Program-made: the position numbers and the translations under genes
Part shown: in pieces, positions 33,187 through 46,011 of the stretch
Numbering within the stretch: position 1 is the first letter of the stretch
Layout of the letters: every line of letters begins with the position of its first letter
The notes under the pieces: generated by a model
What the model was told of the DNA's origin: nothing
Database searches by the model: none
The model's input: only the letters and a program-made list of their open reading frames with translations
NCBI GenBank assembly: GCA_032718475.1
Contig: JAUCBJ010000058.1
Location: 1 to 57,091 of the forward strand
Origin: Nemertoderma westbladi
Taxonomy: Eukaryota > Animalia > Xenacoelomorpha
Length of the DNA: 57,091 nt
Direction: 5' to 3'

Positions 33187-33799
33187 GGCCCGCCGCACAC
33201 TAGAGATGCAAGATGCACGATGCAAGATAAAAATTTTTTTAGAATACATTGTTTCCTATCAGACTACGCACACAGAGATGCAAGATGCACGATGCACGAT
33301 GCAAGATGCAAAAAAGGACATCCTCAATGTTCTATTTTTGCATCTTGCATCTCGAATTATAGAATACATGGTAGACTATGGGATGCAAGATGAATTCTTT
33401 GAAATATACATTAAAATAATCATAGTAATATTAGCGTGTGTTGCCACCCAATATTATAGTATACTGTACCTCAGTGTGACTAACAGGTTTTCCTTCGCTC
33501 CAATCGCTTTTCTAAACTTGGTGCTACACTTTCGGATGTTTCCATCAATTAGGGACTAAAGTCCAACAAATGTACCAACGGACATGAGAGTATAATTCGC
33601 AAATGTCTGTGGTGTCGGGATCATCTTGCAGTTGATCATATAACAGGTCTCTTTTAATATATTGGATTTATCCAATAATGCTCTTGTGAAATTATATATA
33701 TAATGGGAATAAATGTTAAACACAATAAATAAATAACATAAAAGCTAGCAATATATAAAATATTATACGATGCATCTTGCATCTCTAGTGTACGTCGGG
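33187..33799 (-). mobile_element. PIF/Harbinger deletion derivative
   Basis: ~29-bp TIRs (CCCGCCGCACACTAGAGATGCAAGATGCA vs 33771-33799). Minus strand 33469-33648 reads LYDQLQDDPD..FANYTLMSVGTFVGL*SLIDGNIRKCSTKFRKAIGAKENLLVTLR, the pattern of a Harbinger transposase N-terminal region, with a stop and a frameshift. Confidence 0.75.
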
Positions 33800-34533
33800 A
33801 ATGATTTTTTGAATCTTGCATATATTGCATCTCTAGTATGTAAGTCTCTAGTAGTAGTCTCTAGTATATTGACGTCCCTGTTTGAAAATATCACGATATA
33901 AATCCAATTTTTTTTCTTAGTTAATCTTAACAATCTTTCTTTGAAGCCAGAAATACAGTTTAATGGGTGAATGAAATATGATCTAATTAAATAACCAATT
34001 GTCAAACTCCTACAAGTAGAACCAAAAGCACAAAACAACATATTGTACTCTAATCGGTCGGTGTAATGCTATACTAAATTTACTACAGTCATACTGATAA
34101 ATATTTTCCACTTGAAATAAATATATATATAAATAAAAACTTGAAAAGAAAATATAAAAGAAAACCAATATTCCTTATTTTCTGAAACTAAAGCAGTTTA
34201 TATATCCTAACATTCTGATTCGTTTGTTTAACCGTTTTGCACTAACCTTTGTTCTTCAGTTAGTTTAATCGTTGTCTTAACATTTATTCCTCAGTTAGTT
34301 CAAACCTTTTACTGCCTGAATTAAAAAAACTTCGTGATAAAAAGTATTTTTTAATCCGATTTTACTGCATAACACATACACTAAATAACATAAAAAATAT
34401 AAATACAAAACTTATTTTGGTATCGAATTCTATACAATGGGCAAAAAAGATACTTTTTTTATTTCGTTTTTAATAAGTACGCCGATTGTATCAAATTTGA
34501 TAGATATTAAATTTATTGGCAATCATAGGCAGT

Positions 34534-34640
34534 GTCACAAGTGGGTTACAGCTCGGTCACAAGTGAGTTACAGCTCGGTCACAAGTGTGTTACAGCTCGG
34601 TCACAAGTGGGTTACAGCTCGGTCACGAGTGGGTTACAGT
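34534..34640. repeat. 22-bp tandem repeat, ~5 copies
   Basis: Unit GTCACAAGTGGGTTACAGCTCG. Confidence 0.9.
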
Positions 34641-35255
34641 TTCGTAATGTTAAAATTTTGGAATAAAACTACATACATACTTGTTGCTAAAGTACTTTAC
34701 GGTGTTCTTTACACACAAGTATGTAAATAGTTATATTTGCTGAAGGTATTATAACCGTACATTCCATTCTCGATTAGACAATAATTAGTTTATCATTTAT
34801 TCGAGTTTTTTGCTGAGGGTGGGTTACAAATTAGTACGAAATGAGAAGAGTTTTGCTATACAGTATTTATAAACATAATAAATCAATTAGTTTGTAATTA
34901 TGTTCGATGCTCAACTACACCCACTGTCGTTTTGTTTCCACATTTACAGACTTTCATCTTTGAAGTTTCGATTCAAAAAGACCCTTACTGACAAAGCGAG
35001 AGGTTATTTTCTAACCATATTGTTGTCCCCCTCCCTAAAACCTGGTTCACAATTGATACTTATCGCACGTTTACTTATCGCTTATCGCTCAATTGTATGG
35101 CTTATTTCGGCTATCATCAAGCATTCATAGCTACTCTACTCGATCCTCAACATGTCCATCATTATATGTTCCCTACAGGCGCCTCCTAGTAGCCCAACGT
35201 GGTATTCAATACCAGGGACCTGTCCTGTGGAATTCTTTACCGAACTCTATTCGTT

Positions 35256-37363
35256 AAAAAGTAAAGTAAAGTAAATTTTCTTCGGCCACTAGGCCAGGGA
35301 ATACGCACAAAGTCTGCCGACTTATTTCCAGTGCGGTCCCCCCAGAACTTTACTCCCCAGAGGAAACTCTTGTACTCATTTAGCTACCACTTAAGGATGC
35401 AAGGCAGAGATGCGCCCTGGCTGGTCCCTTTAAAGCATTCGTGCCGAAACGAAAACTGCCCTGGCCCATGTGAGGATCGAACCCACGACCTACAGGAGAT
35501 GTGAATTCAATGCAACCACTACTACTACTACTACTACTAGGATCGGCATGCTGCATTGCAGCTGCATTTTTAAGAATGCTGTGCCGGCTTGTCAACAAAA
35601 TTGCACCGCCACAACTCCCTATCACCCATGACATTTGCTAGATCATCCGCATCTTTAAGGCCAGTGTCCTTTAAGATGCGTCTCAAGAAAGTCATGGGCT
35701 GTCCACCATGCTTATTCACTCCATGAGGCTGCCAAAGTACAAGATTATGCACTGGCTGGTCCTCACGGCGAAAGCAATGTCCTGCAAAGCGGAGGCGATT
35801 TTGTTCTAGTATCAAGCTTGGGGGAACCAATGAGACACCTCCAATGTTATATAGTGTCTGGTTGGAGATGTGTGCATTGTACTTGACACAATGAACCCGG
35901 CGTAGCATTCTTGTGAATGTGCCATCCAGAGATTTGGTGTCCTCAGCAGTTAGAGCCCAGCATGGACTCCCGTAGAGGAGTACTGGAACTACTGCTGCTC
36001 TAAATAATCGGACCTTAAGTTTCCGATTAATTCTCGGTGATTTCCAAATCCTGGAAAGCCTATTCAAGGCTGTCCATGCCTTTCCCTTACGTATTCGAAG
36101 GTCCTCACCTGACTTCCGGATCCATGATCCCAGGTAACAGAAGTCGTCCACATGCTCAAGCATACCATCCTTTGAGCTTATGCTCATCCGATCAGAGACT
36201 TGCTGAGGACTTTCAAAGTTAACGGTCAGAATTTTGGTCTTTCTGGAGTTAATAAAAAGACCAACACTAGAAGCAGCATGTTCTAATGAGCTGAGGAGCC
36301 GTTGGGCTCCCTCTAATGATTCTGAGAGTACTCCTAAGTCATCAGCAAAGTCTAGATCAGTTAGGTACTTGGCAGGATTTCCTCGACTTCTGGAGCCAGT
36401 AGGTGGAGTTATCATCACCCCATCATCATTATGATGATCTAAGGACATGCGTAGAACATAGTCAACCACAATAATGAACAAGAATGGTGCAAGTGTGTCT
36501 CCTTGGAGGACGCCCCATAACACTTCAAATGGTTCTGTGTCACCGTCAACAGTAGACACAAATGTTGTCGAACCATCGTATACTGATCTGATTGCTGCAA
36601 TAATTTCATCAGGAATCCCATATAATGAAAGTATGCTGAACATACGTGAGCGAGAGACTGAATCAAAGGCCTTGAAGAAGTCAACAAAGATAACAGCCAG
36701 ATGCCTGTCTTTCTTTTTTGATAATTCTTCAATTATCCTTCTAAGTGCCAAAATGGGCTCCATGGTCCCACGACCTTTACGGAACCCATTCTGATTTCCA
36801 CGGAGCAGTCTCTCAATGGGATCCCTGATGCGATTTAATAGAATCCTATTGTATAGCTTTGCAGCAATCGAGATCAATGAGATTCCCCGAAAAGAACCAT
36901 AGAGTGTTAGGTTGCCCTTCTTGGGAACTGGCACCAACTTATTTGTTTTCATTTCTTGTGGGACTCTTGTTGTTCGGTACATGTCTACTATGATGGGATA
37001 GATGAGCTTTAAACACTCAGGTATTTTAAAGACCTCAGGGGGAACACCATCTACTCCACTGGCACGATTGGTCTTAATGCTCTTTGCAGCAGCCTTCACT
37101 TCTGCAAAGGAGATATCGCCAATGGGAATATCTGGGAGTACAGACTCAGACACTTTTACTTCTATAAAGTTATCAGGCAATACCCTGTCATTATTGAGGA
37201 GCTTTTCAAAGTGGGCTTTCCAACCATTGAGGCGATCGGCTGGTGATTCAGCCTTAACCTTGGTGGTTGGTTGGCTTTTCCGCCCAGTAAGCAGATTGAT
37301 TGATTTCCATGAACCCACGACCTACAGGAGATGTGAATTCAATGCAACCACTACACCAAGGTG
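35256..37363 (-). mobile_element. tRNA-derived SINE (family 1), full length, split by the RTE insertion
   Basis: A box TGGTGTAGTGG at ~37348-37358, B box GGTTCGATCC at ~35474-35483 and (TTTAC)n tail at 35258-35277. Confidence 0.85.
35523..37310 (-). mobile_element. 5'-truncated RTE-clade non-LTR retrotransposon with uninterrupted RT ORF
   Basis: ORF 35570-37318 contains QNGFRKGR, FVDFFKAFDSV, GVLQGDTLAPFLF, LDFADD and RLRFAGHC; no endonuclease domain; (TAG)n tail; direct repeats at 35479-35522 and 37311-37354. Confidence 0.92.
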
Positions 37364-39437
37364 GAAACATTCCCGGTTGTACACCTAACAGGAAACAGGT
37401 CATTCTTTATCATCAAGCTGAATAAGTTTTTAAATAACCTAACTAACGCATATTTATTTTCGCCTTAACTCATTAACTAAACTAATATCTGGGACCCACA
37501 CTGACCATTCTTAATCACTCATACAACTACTAACTGTACTCATCTTTCTTACTCTCTGGGGATTCTAACACTAGCATTGATCTGGCATCTCCTTCTAACT
37601 AACCTCTACCTACATAATATTCCCTATATTTATATCCTTGCGTGCATTTTAGGTGGAGGTTAAAGATATATAATATATTATATTAAATGAAATGAAATTA
37701 AGTAAATGAGAAATGTGAACCGGGCTTAAGGCTTATCAAATTTGGTGGAGGGAAATTCAAATCACTACAGTAATTGGTCATTTTGACTTTAATGTACCGG
37801 TATTATTTATTGTTTCTTTCGTACCGTTAGGCCAATATAGGCAGATAGGCCTAGCAGCCTAGCGCAAACTTACGATGCCTGACTAACCCCTGCGGTTGTA
37901 CAGTGGTTGTGGTTGTTTGTAGGCACCAAGTAGATTCATGCTGTCCTCTGGAACCAAGGACTGAAGGACAATTATTGACTAAGGTTGGGATACCGGTACT
38001 ATTGTGGTGTAAAACAGGCTATTCCTGTAACTACTCCTGTTCCTGTAACTGTCTGTCTGCCTGTCTGCGGTAATGAGAGAACACTGCTACGTCTGTGCAT
38101 AGGCAGATAGGGTGTCGTCGCGTTACGGCTAATGTCGCGTTACGGCTAATTTTTTGAGAGATTAGCCGTAACGCTCTTAAAGTAGGCCTACCTCCTTTCA
38201 AACAGTGAACAGCATTTTATTTCAAAAAATCAACATCGTTTTCTGAAGCGGCGATCCACAGCCATCCATTTACTCGAGTGCACCAATGATTGGTATAAGC
38301 TTTTAGATAAAAAACATAATGTTGATATAATATATATCGACTGTAAGAAAGCATTCGACAAGGTGATACACACAAAACTTTTACAAAAGTTGGCTGCGTA
38401 TGGGATCAGGGGTAGGGTAATCTATTAGACTGGATTCGGGCCTTTTTAACAAATCGCAAACAGTGCATATTAGTAGGCATTTAAGTACTCAGATTATGCT
38501 GATGTCATATCGGGGACTCCCCAAGGACAGAAGGAAGCGTCTTGGAACCGATTTTATTCCTTGTGTTTGTAAATGATTTGCCTTCAGAATTGACATATGT
38601 CGATTGCAAACTATTTGCTGATGATTTGAAAATTTATGACAGCAGTGCAAATTCGTTAAATTAACAACTAGCGTTAGATTCTCTAACCCGTTGGAGTGGA
38701 GTAAAACGTGGCAACTAAATGTCGCTGCGCATAAATGTCATGTCCTTCACCTTGGCACACGAACCGCGTGTCAGTACACCCCAAATGGTTCTATTCTAGA
38801 ACTCAAGGAATCCTGTAAAGATCTTGGGGTTATTATGACTAAAAATCATCATTTCAGCAAATATTGCAGGCAGCAAGTGTCAAAGGCTTACAAAGTGTGC
38901 AACATAATATTTAGATGTTTTCTCACGTCAAATGTTAAGGCATATAAGGTGTTAATTACTGCATATAAGGCGAGGTAGAATTATATGTCAGATGCCGTCC
39001 GATCCGATCCGATCCGATCCGATCCGATCCGATGCAATTCAGCAATTATTCTAGCTACAACTGTCAGACTGCAGACTGTACAAGCCTATAGCTGCTTAGG
39101 CCTACTTCTGTTTTGCCTATCACAGTTTCTCTAACGCAATATCCCTTTAATTGAATATCAGAATATTCCACCTATCTTTGCGGTGTTTTATTTAATTAAT
39201 ATAGGGCATAATAAATTAGTAGAGGAGCTAGATCTGAAAACTGATTATACCGCGGTTATACGGCGCCTACACTTTTCTTTACTGCAATGAAAGCCGGTGT
39301 ATAGCTGTATAGTACCCGGCTGCGTAGGGTTCCAGGACGAAGGTCAGAAAAAAAGCACTACTGTATGGCCACTTTTCGACCGTCGACACAAAGCCGCTAC
39401 GAAGTTATTATGGGACAGGATGGTGATGCTCGGTAGA

Positions 39438-39815
39438 CAGTGGCGGTTCTAGGGGGGGGGGGGGGGCAAGGGGGCATCTGCCCCTCCGCAGGTATCTTGG
39501 GGGGGGGGCTTGCCCCCTCCCTAGCGAAAGGTAATGTGGTAAATCCGTACCAGTGGGTACCGACTTGCTCGAAAACAGACCTCTCTGGGAAAAGACTTCT
39601 ATTTTTTTTCAAAATTTAGTTACTACCCGGAGATATCCATTATAAAACACTCTGATATTTTTGTAAAATTCTGGAACTTTGGGAATTCGGGAAAAAATCG
39701 GGAAATTTTCTTCAAAGTTTTCTTCTTCGAACTGTAGCTTGTTTCCGAAACGTGCAGTGGCGTGCAGAAGGGGGGGGGGGGGGGGGGGCGCCACCTTCCA
39801 AGGGGCGCCAAAATT
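39438..39815 (+). mobile_element. Two hAT-type MITE left ends with poly-G tracts inside the MULE
   Basis: CAGTGGCGGTTCTAG(G)n at 39438 and CAGTGGCGTGCAGAA(G)n at 39755. Confidence 0.4.
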
Positions 39816-41372
39816 TGAGCAGTAGTGGCATCATAGCCAGCTGATAGTATAATGGTGGTTCCAAGTTTAGCTTATTGATGCTAGACATTTAGCCCATCCA
39901 ACATACAAACATAGTAGTTTGGTTCTGTATTGGTTGCATAGCCTTTCAGCACTGCCCACATTGCACATGTGAAGGTGTCACAGGTGAGAAGGTAGATGTC
40001 TCCTGCGATTGGTCCATGGTATGGTCACTGGAAATATCTCCATTGGTAAGTTCAGTGGCTTTGTGGTTTAAGGCATGTGCAAGTAAATTTAAGCAGTAAA
40101 TTTCTTAATATAATATAATTTTGCAATTAAAATAGTCTTAAAATAGTCATTTAATTACTTCAATATTTTCCACTACCACACATGTTATGAAAGTTTGTGC
40201 GGCTAAAATACTAAAGTATATTTATTGCCTCTTAAATAATTAAATATAAGATAATTATTTTATTGCGCAGAACACCATCTCCATACCGAAACCTAACTAA
40301 CCAAAACAATAAACGATATCATTACAAATTAATGGAAAGGAGTGCCACACACGTCGCGTCTCTCCTCCACATCTTTGGAACGATACGGGTTACCACCAGC
40401 TGACGGCTGCGACCCTTCCATTAACTAAATAATTAGATAATTAGACATAGACGGGTTTAGACAAAGTTGTTGTTATAATAATTAATTATAATTGTTATAA
40501 TAAATATAAAAAAAATTATTTAAATGATAAAGGTCCGCTTTTCAAAAATGTGCCCTACCCCACTCCAGATGCTCCCTACGTCCATGCTACAGGTAAAGCT
40601 AGTAATTGGCTTGGAGGAGGGAGGGGGAACTGGAGGTACGTCGTACACCCTCCCACGAAATTGTTTATACTAATTAGTGTTTGATAATTTTTTAAATATT
40701 TCAAAAAATATTCGTTCTAGAACATTATTTTTTAAAAATAAAATAGCTAGTCATGTTCTGGTATATTTCAAAAAATAAATTCAAAAACTTAACTAGATAG
40801 TATATTAAATTTGGTCTTTCTGACTATCCGACAATCTGTCCGTCATATATAAGAAAAGGATCAGTTTAGTTTAATACCTGGAGTATACTACCCCCCCCCC
40901 CCCCCCCCCCCCATAGAGTTTCGTGGAGCTATACTTACCATGGAGCTATAGAGTTTCGATAAAGCTGTAAAGTTTCCCCCAGGATAATAATAATAATTTT
41001 ATAAAGGCTTTAATTAACCTAATCTTACTTAAAAATCATGACAACTAAATTATTGTTTAACAAATACATTTCAACGGATACAATAAATTTGTTAAATACA
41101 CTCTAATTATATTGACGCAAAGGAACAACAGATATCAAGAGAGAGACTTTCAGTCTGGATTTCCGCATAGAAAAATAGTTTTACAATAATTAGTATTAAT
41201 TATTATGGGTAGAATGTATTCGAATATTTCAAGTGATTATTTCAATGAAACGTTGCAAATTATGACTACAACACTGTTGATAACGGTTATAAGATAAGAT
41301 AGTCTCTATACCATGTTATGTAGCAATCATAATAATAATCAGATTACACATCTTTACTTTAGGAAACATAAA

Positions 41373-41510
41373 TAGGTACAAGACCGTACACAACTGTTAC
41401 ATAATAGGTACAAAATGTACGCAACTTGGTACATAGTAGGTGTAAAAGGTACACAACTTGGTACATAATAGAGTACAAAAGTGTACACAACTTGGTACAT
41501 TGTAGGTACA
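41373..41510. repeat. ~33-bp imperfect tandem repeat, ~4 copies
   Basis: Recurring TAGGTACAAAA..GTACACAACTTGGTACATA. Confidence 0.7.
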
Positions 41511-44500
41511 AAACGGCGCCCGGGATACAATGGTGTACCCGGAAAGAAGATGCGCAGATAAACGGATAAATTCGGCGAAAATAAACATAATTTCAGCATT
41601 CTTTAAAGATACAGACAGACTGCGGGAATACAGGAATAACGGGAGTTTGCGTAAATTAGCGGGAATGCTCGAAAGCTTTCCCGAGATCGATCCGATAACC
41701 GATCACGCCGCCTAGTCCGTATGGTTGTCCATAGTCTGATAGTCGTCAAAACGCCGCCTGAAGCACTTCTTACCGTTTCCTCCGAACCCAAAACTATTTT
41801 TATCAGTCCCGATATCGAGTGTCGCGCTTCCGGTGCTCCAACCAACCCGACATGGCCCCTCGCACCTCGTCCTTTACCGTCGCCTCGTAATAGCTGAATA
41901 GTAACGACCGGATCCGACTATTCCTTTAGTCGTCCGGGTACCGTGCCAACTCCTCTGGTCACGCGCATGACACAGCAATCCGTCCTGCCGTCCGGGGAGA
42001 TGGCCAACTGGTCACCTCTATCGCTCTATCGAATGGGTTCAACTGAAATTTCGTAGGCCTAGTTCTTCCCCCCGATTTCCCATCGAGTTTTCCATCTCGG
42101 AGTTTGTACCGTAGAGTTTCATGGACCAGCTGTAGTATCGGGATACAGAATGCCCCGGCTGCCCGCTTCCCGTTTCCGCCGCCATCAGCACAGTCTCCAC
42201 CGCCCAGGATCAGAGCTGCAGAGGGACAGCCTCACCCTGCAAGTTGGTCGGTAGACTCCATTCCAGGACATCCAACGCACGTCCGATTTCCTTCTGAACA
42301 CCACAGTCTGACAGTCAGCTACAGAGCTACGAACGATCCCATACCTGCATACTGTGTACTGCAGTACTGCCATACCTGCACACTGCCATATACAGATACA
42401 CAATAATGCAATACGGCAATAGGCCAATAGTCATACTGCCAGACTGCGTTCAGTGTTAGGCAAAACAGAAGTAGGCCTAAGCAGCTATAGGCTTGTACAG
42501 TCTGCAGTCTGACAGTTGTAGCTACAATAATTGCCGAAATGCATCGGATCGGATCGGATCGGATCGGACGGCATCTGACTATAAATGCACCCTAATATAA
42601 GGCTTATGTCCGCCCTCTGTTAGAGTACTGCACGGTGGTTTGGTCACCGCACCAATTGTTCAACATTAATTTGGTTGTGCGTGTTCAACGCTATTTCACC
42701 AGACGCTTAGTCTCCAGATGCAAATTAATTCTCACCGATAGCAGTTACTCTAACAGACTATCACACCTCAACTTACAAATGTTAGAAATTAGGCGAATTA
42801 TTTTCGACATCCGAATGGTGTATAATATATGTCACAACAACATTGACCTACAGTATGTTTTAGCGATTTTTTTTATGGATGTAAACAGAGAGGGTTTGCG
42901 GGGACATAATATGAAACTATTCGTGCAACAAAGTAGATTAGTTGTCTCTAGAAATTGCTTTGCAAACAGGGGCGGGCGACACGAAGCTCCGTTAATTTAA
43001 AGTTAACGGAGGTTGAACGGAAATGCATTTAACGGAGAACTCATAATAGGCGACACGAACGTGTATTTAGGCCTCCGTTAGTGAGTTCTCTGTTAAGGAT
43101 CCGTTAGTACTAAACGTGATACTTTCAAAATGATGATAAAATTGCGTACACGTGAATGTTGTTATGGTTGCTTAGGCAACTCGATAATGTTATTGTTGGA
43201 GTGCCGTTTCAAATTGAAACCCTTGCACATCTAAAAAATATTATATACCTAAGCAGTACATACAGTACTACCGCTACAGTTTCATGTTTAGGCAATAGCG
43301 CACACAATTAATGTTAAGATCGGGAGTTTAACATCATCAAAACAACTAATAACGCATATGTAGTGCCCGAGTATTGGGTAGAAATCTATTCTAACTAATC
43401 TACTCTAACTGATGACGGAAAACTAAGTTGAACTGTGTCTATCGTGATTGCATATATAAGTCCACCCACATCAGCTGTAATGCAATCAGTACGTAAATCA
43501 GTACGTAACACCATAGAATATTATTGATAATGATTCCCTATGTAAAACCAAGACAATAGATTAGCCGTAACGCGACAATTAGCCGTAACGAGACTTTTTG
43601 AGTAGCCGTACCGCGACTTTCAAAGTCGCGTTACGGCTACTCAGAAAATTAGCCGTAACGCGACATTAGCCGTACCGCCACTGCACCGACTAAGATTACC
43701 ATAGAATACAATATTACATTGAATGTGAGGTTATCGAAGAACATACAGTATAAAAGATGGTAAATCCCCCCCTGTAAAACATTAAATTTTGCGGACCTCA
43801 TCTGTACGTAAACACCATAGAATATTATTGATAATGATTCCTTATGTAAAACCAATACAATAGATTAGCCGTAACGCGACTTTTAGAGTAGCCGTACCGC
43901 GACTTTGAAAGTCGCGTTACGGCTAATCTCTCAAAAAATTACACCGGTTTTCCTAATATTGATTGTGTATTTATTGTAGTGTAAGGACATAAAAGGTTCC
44001 GGAAGGCCTAGTATCGCAACTGCAGCATTATACAGTTATAATATGAATAAAGTCAAACCCCCTTCCAGGTTTGTAGGCCAAATCCGGAAGCCGGAAGGTT
44101 GAAACTTAAATTTGGAAGAATATTATTCTTAACTCAAAAACCAAATATGTATTTCCGAATATTTAAAATAGGTGTTGGTTGACGCTGTTTGACTAATAAT
44201 GACTGACCAGCCCTAGACTCAGAGTCAGAGTGACTGACTGATACTTGTTTACTAGCCTATATCGTGATTGCATAAGTTAAATCGAAACATGATGTTTTCT
44301 TAGAAGATAACAACTACAACCATTATTGGTTGCTACGTTTATTTGTGACGCACACGCACACAATAATGGTAGGTCAGGCGTTATAGCTCTATTGTTGTTG
44401 GAAGGGAATTAATCTCGCGTGTCCTAGTAAGCAGAGCTGCAAGCTGCCATCTGCTACAATCAGGCATTATTATTTCTTAACAAATTGAGGAAGAATTGCA

Positions 44501-45088
44501 ATAAAATTTACTATTGTTCTGATCTGCGCTTGTCATAAAAAGCCGCGTTTTATTTCATTCCTGTCGCGCAACACTATTAACTTTATACCAGGGTCTTATT
44601 ATAACTCTATTTTAAGTTTCGGTTCATATTTGGTTGTTGCTAAGCTACCAGACCTTTGCTTTGTGTCCATAAAACAAAACCCCTTCCATACTGCGTTTTC
44701 AAGGTTATATTGACCGTAATTCTCAAAAAATTTATTTCACGTACCACACGGTTGGAAGCCATTCGTAGACAAGCTAGCACCATTTGTTTTAATTACTAAT
44801 TGTTATTTCTCTATAGTGCTCGATAATTAATTAGATGCAACGAGCCCACCTGTTGACATTGTCAAACCTCCAAAATATATTCTCAGGACCTAATGGCTAA
44901 TGGGAGTAGATAGTTGCTATATAGGCCTGCTATTGTCAGTTATTTAAAGTAATGTATCTACGGTATGATATTAAATAATATTAATAATAATTGTGGAAGC
45001 CAATTATTTTCTTATATGGATAATATTGTAAATTTGTTGTCAGAGTATTTTAAAGTGATGTGCATGCAATATTGTTTTTCTTTAAATA

Positions 45089-45595
45089 ATGCCTTCTTTT
45101 GATGTTCAGTTACGCCATAAGCCAAGAAGCGGCGAGTCAAACGGCTCACTTATGGAGCCAACATACGACCAACTATTCGAACTCCAACAGACTGAGGGGT
45201 TAAGTGACTCATCTGATGACGTCATGGAGTCTGGGGACACAGCACCCCTACTGAGTCCAGACAACGAAAAATATCCGTCTAACGTCAAAGTCCAGTTGAA
45301 GAGACAGATGAGTTTGGTTAACTGCGTGACCTTTGTGATGGGTTCAATGATTGGATCCGGTATATTTATAAGTCCTAAGGAAGTTTTACTACACAGCGGG
45401 TCTGTAGGCGCCTCCCTGTTGCTATGGGGACTCGCGGGTTTATGGGGTCTGTGCGGGGGTATTACTATATCGGAACTGAGCACGGTGATACCAAAAGAAG
45501 GCGGTTTCTATATGTATATTCTAGAATCCTTTGGGGCCATTCCTGGTTTCGTTGTTATGTGGTCGTACGTTGGATTTACTGGTTATCTTTCAATG
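45089..45595 (+). CDS. SLC7-family L-type amino acid transporter light chain, exon 1
   Basis: LKRQMSL...GSMIGSGIFISPKEVL..SGSVGASLLLW...ELSTVIPKEGGFYMYILESFG; donor ATG|GTAAGT, phase 0. Confidence 0.9.
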
Positions 45596-46011
45596 GTAAG
45601 TATTTTTATATTAGTAAACTACAAGTAATTTTCATGTATAAAGTAACTGTTTTTTTTTACACCCGCGTCGTGAGTGACCAGGGCTGCTATTTGTGCAATT
45701 TATTGTATTATTTCAGTACTTTATACCGCTCACCAGGGGAAGATCGGCGCAAGTAACAGCTGATTACTCTCCAAAATATAAATCTAAGTTACTGCTATAT
45801 TGACTTTCATTTATTCTTTGGTTAGATAACATGGCACTGTAACCTGCTCCTTTCATTATTGGTATGATGGGGTGGGATTTGCTTTAAACCGTCTCAAATT
45901 TATAGTCAGAATTTCGAGTACAGTAGGCCTAAATATTTATATTATTTAATACGAGTTGGACAATATTATTCAATCAGAAGTCACCAGTTTATTGTATATT
46001 TTTATTTCCAG

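Larger units (their letters stand above)
35122..37697 (+). mobile_element. 3' fragment of an L2/CR1-group LINE interrupted by a SINE and an RTE
   Basis: 35122-35254 reads IHSYSTRSS...IQYQGPVLWNSLPNSIR, a typical ORF2 C-terminus; it appears to resume near 37390 (SFFIIKLNKFLNN) and ends in a TGAAA-repeat tail near 37690. Confidence 0.6.
35036..37729. mobile_element. Possible outer MITE shell hosting nested retroelements
   Basis: TAAAACCTGGTTCACAATT (35036) and AAATGTGAACCGGGCTTAA (37711-37729) are imperfect inverted ends. Confidence 0.4.
38972..42594. mobile_element. Non-autonomous Mutator-like (MULE) element, 3.6 kb
   Basis: ~140-bp TIRs (38972-39119 / 42457-42594) containing (GATCC)n; exact 9-bp TSD ATATAAGGC at 38963-38971 and 42595-42603; no transposase recognised. 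Confidence 0.85.
38240..42968 (+). pseudogene. Decayed CR1-group LINE reverse transcriptase (two halves: 38240-38971 and 42595-42968)
   Basis: LLECTNDW...VDIIYIDCKKAFDKV, GTPQG, LFADDLKIY, WSKTWQL, KDLGV...AYKA | YKAYVRPLLEYCTVVWSPH...RGHNMKL; contains stops and frameshifts. Confidence 0.88.
38111..43687. mobile_element. TIR element with GTCGCGTTACGGCTAA subterminal repeats, enclosing the CR1/MULE nest
   Basis: 38111-38154 is inverted relative to 43645-43687; further motif copies occur at 43560-43640, and 43502-43640 is locally duplicated at 43805-43940. No TSD resolved. Confidence 0.55.

Noticed and set aside
39840-40070. Possible captured coding fragment with CxxC on the minus strand
   Set aside because: It is interrupted by stops and resembles no family I can name.
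43999-44275. ETS (CCGGAAG x3) and C/EBP-ATF-like (ATTGCATAA) sites upstream of the SLC7 gene
   Set aside because: The motifs are short, the ATF4-type match is imperfect and the TSS is unknown.
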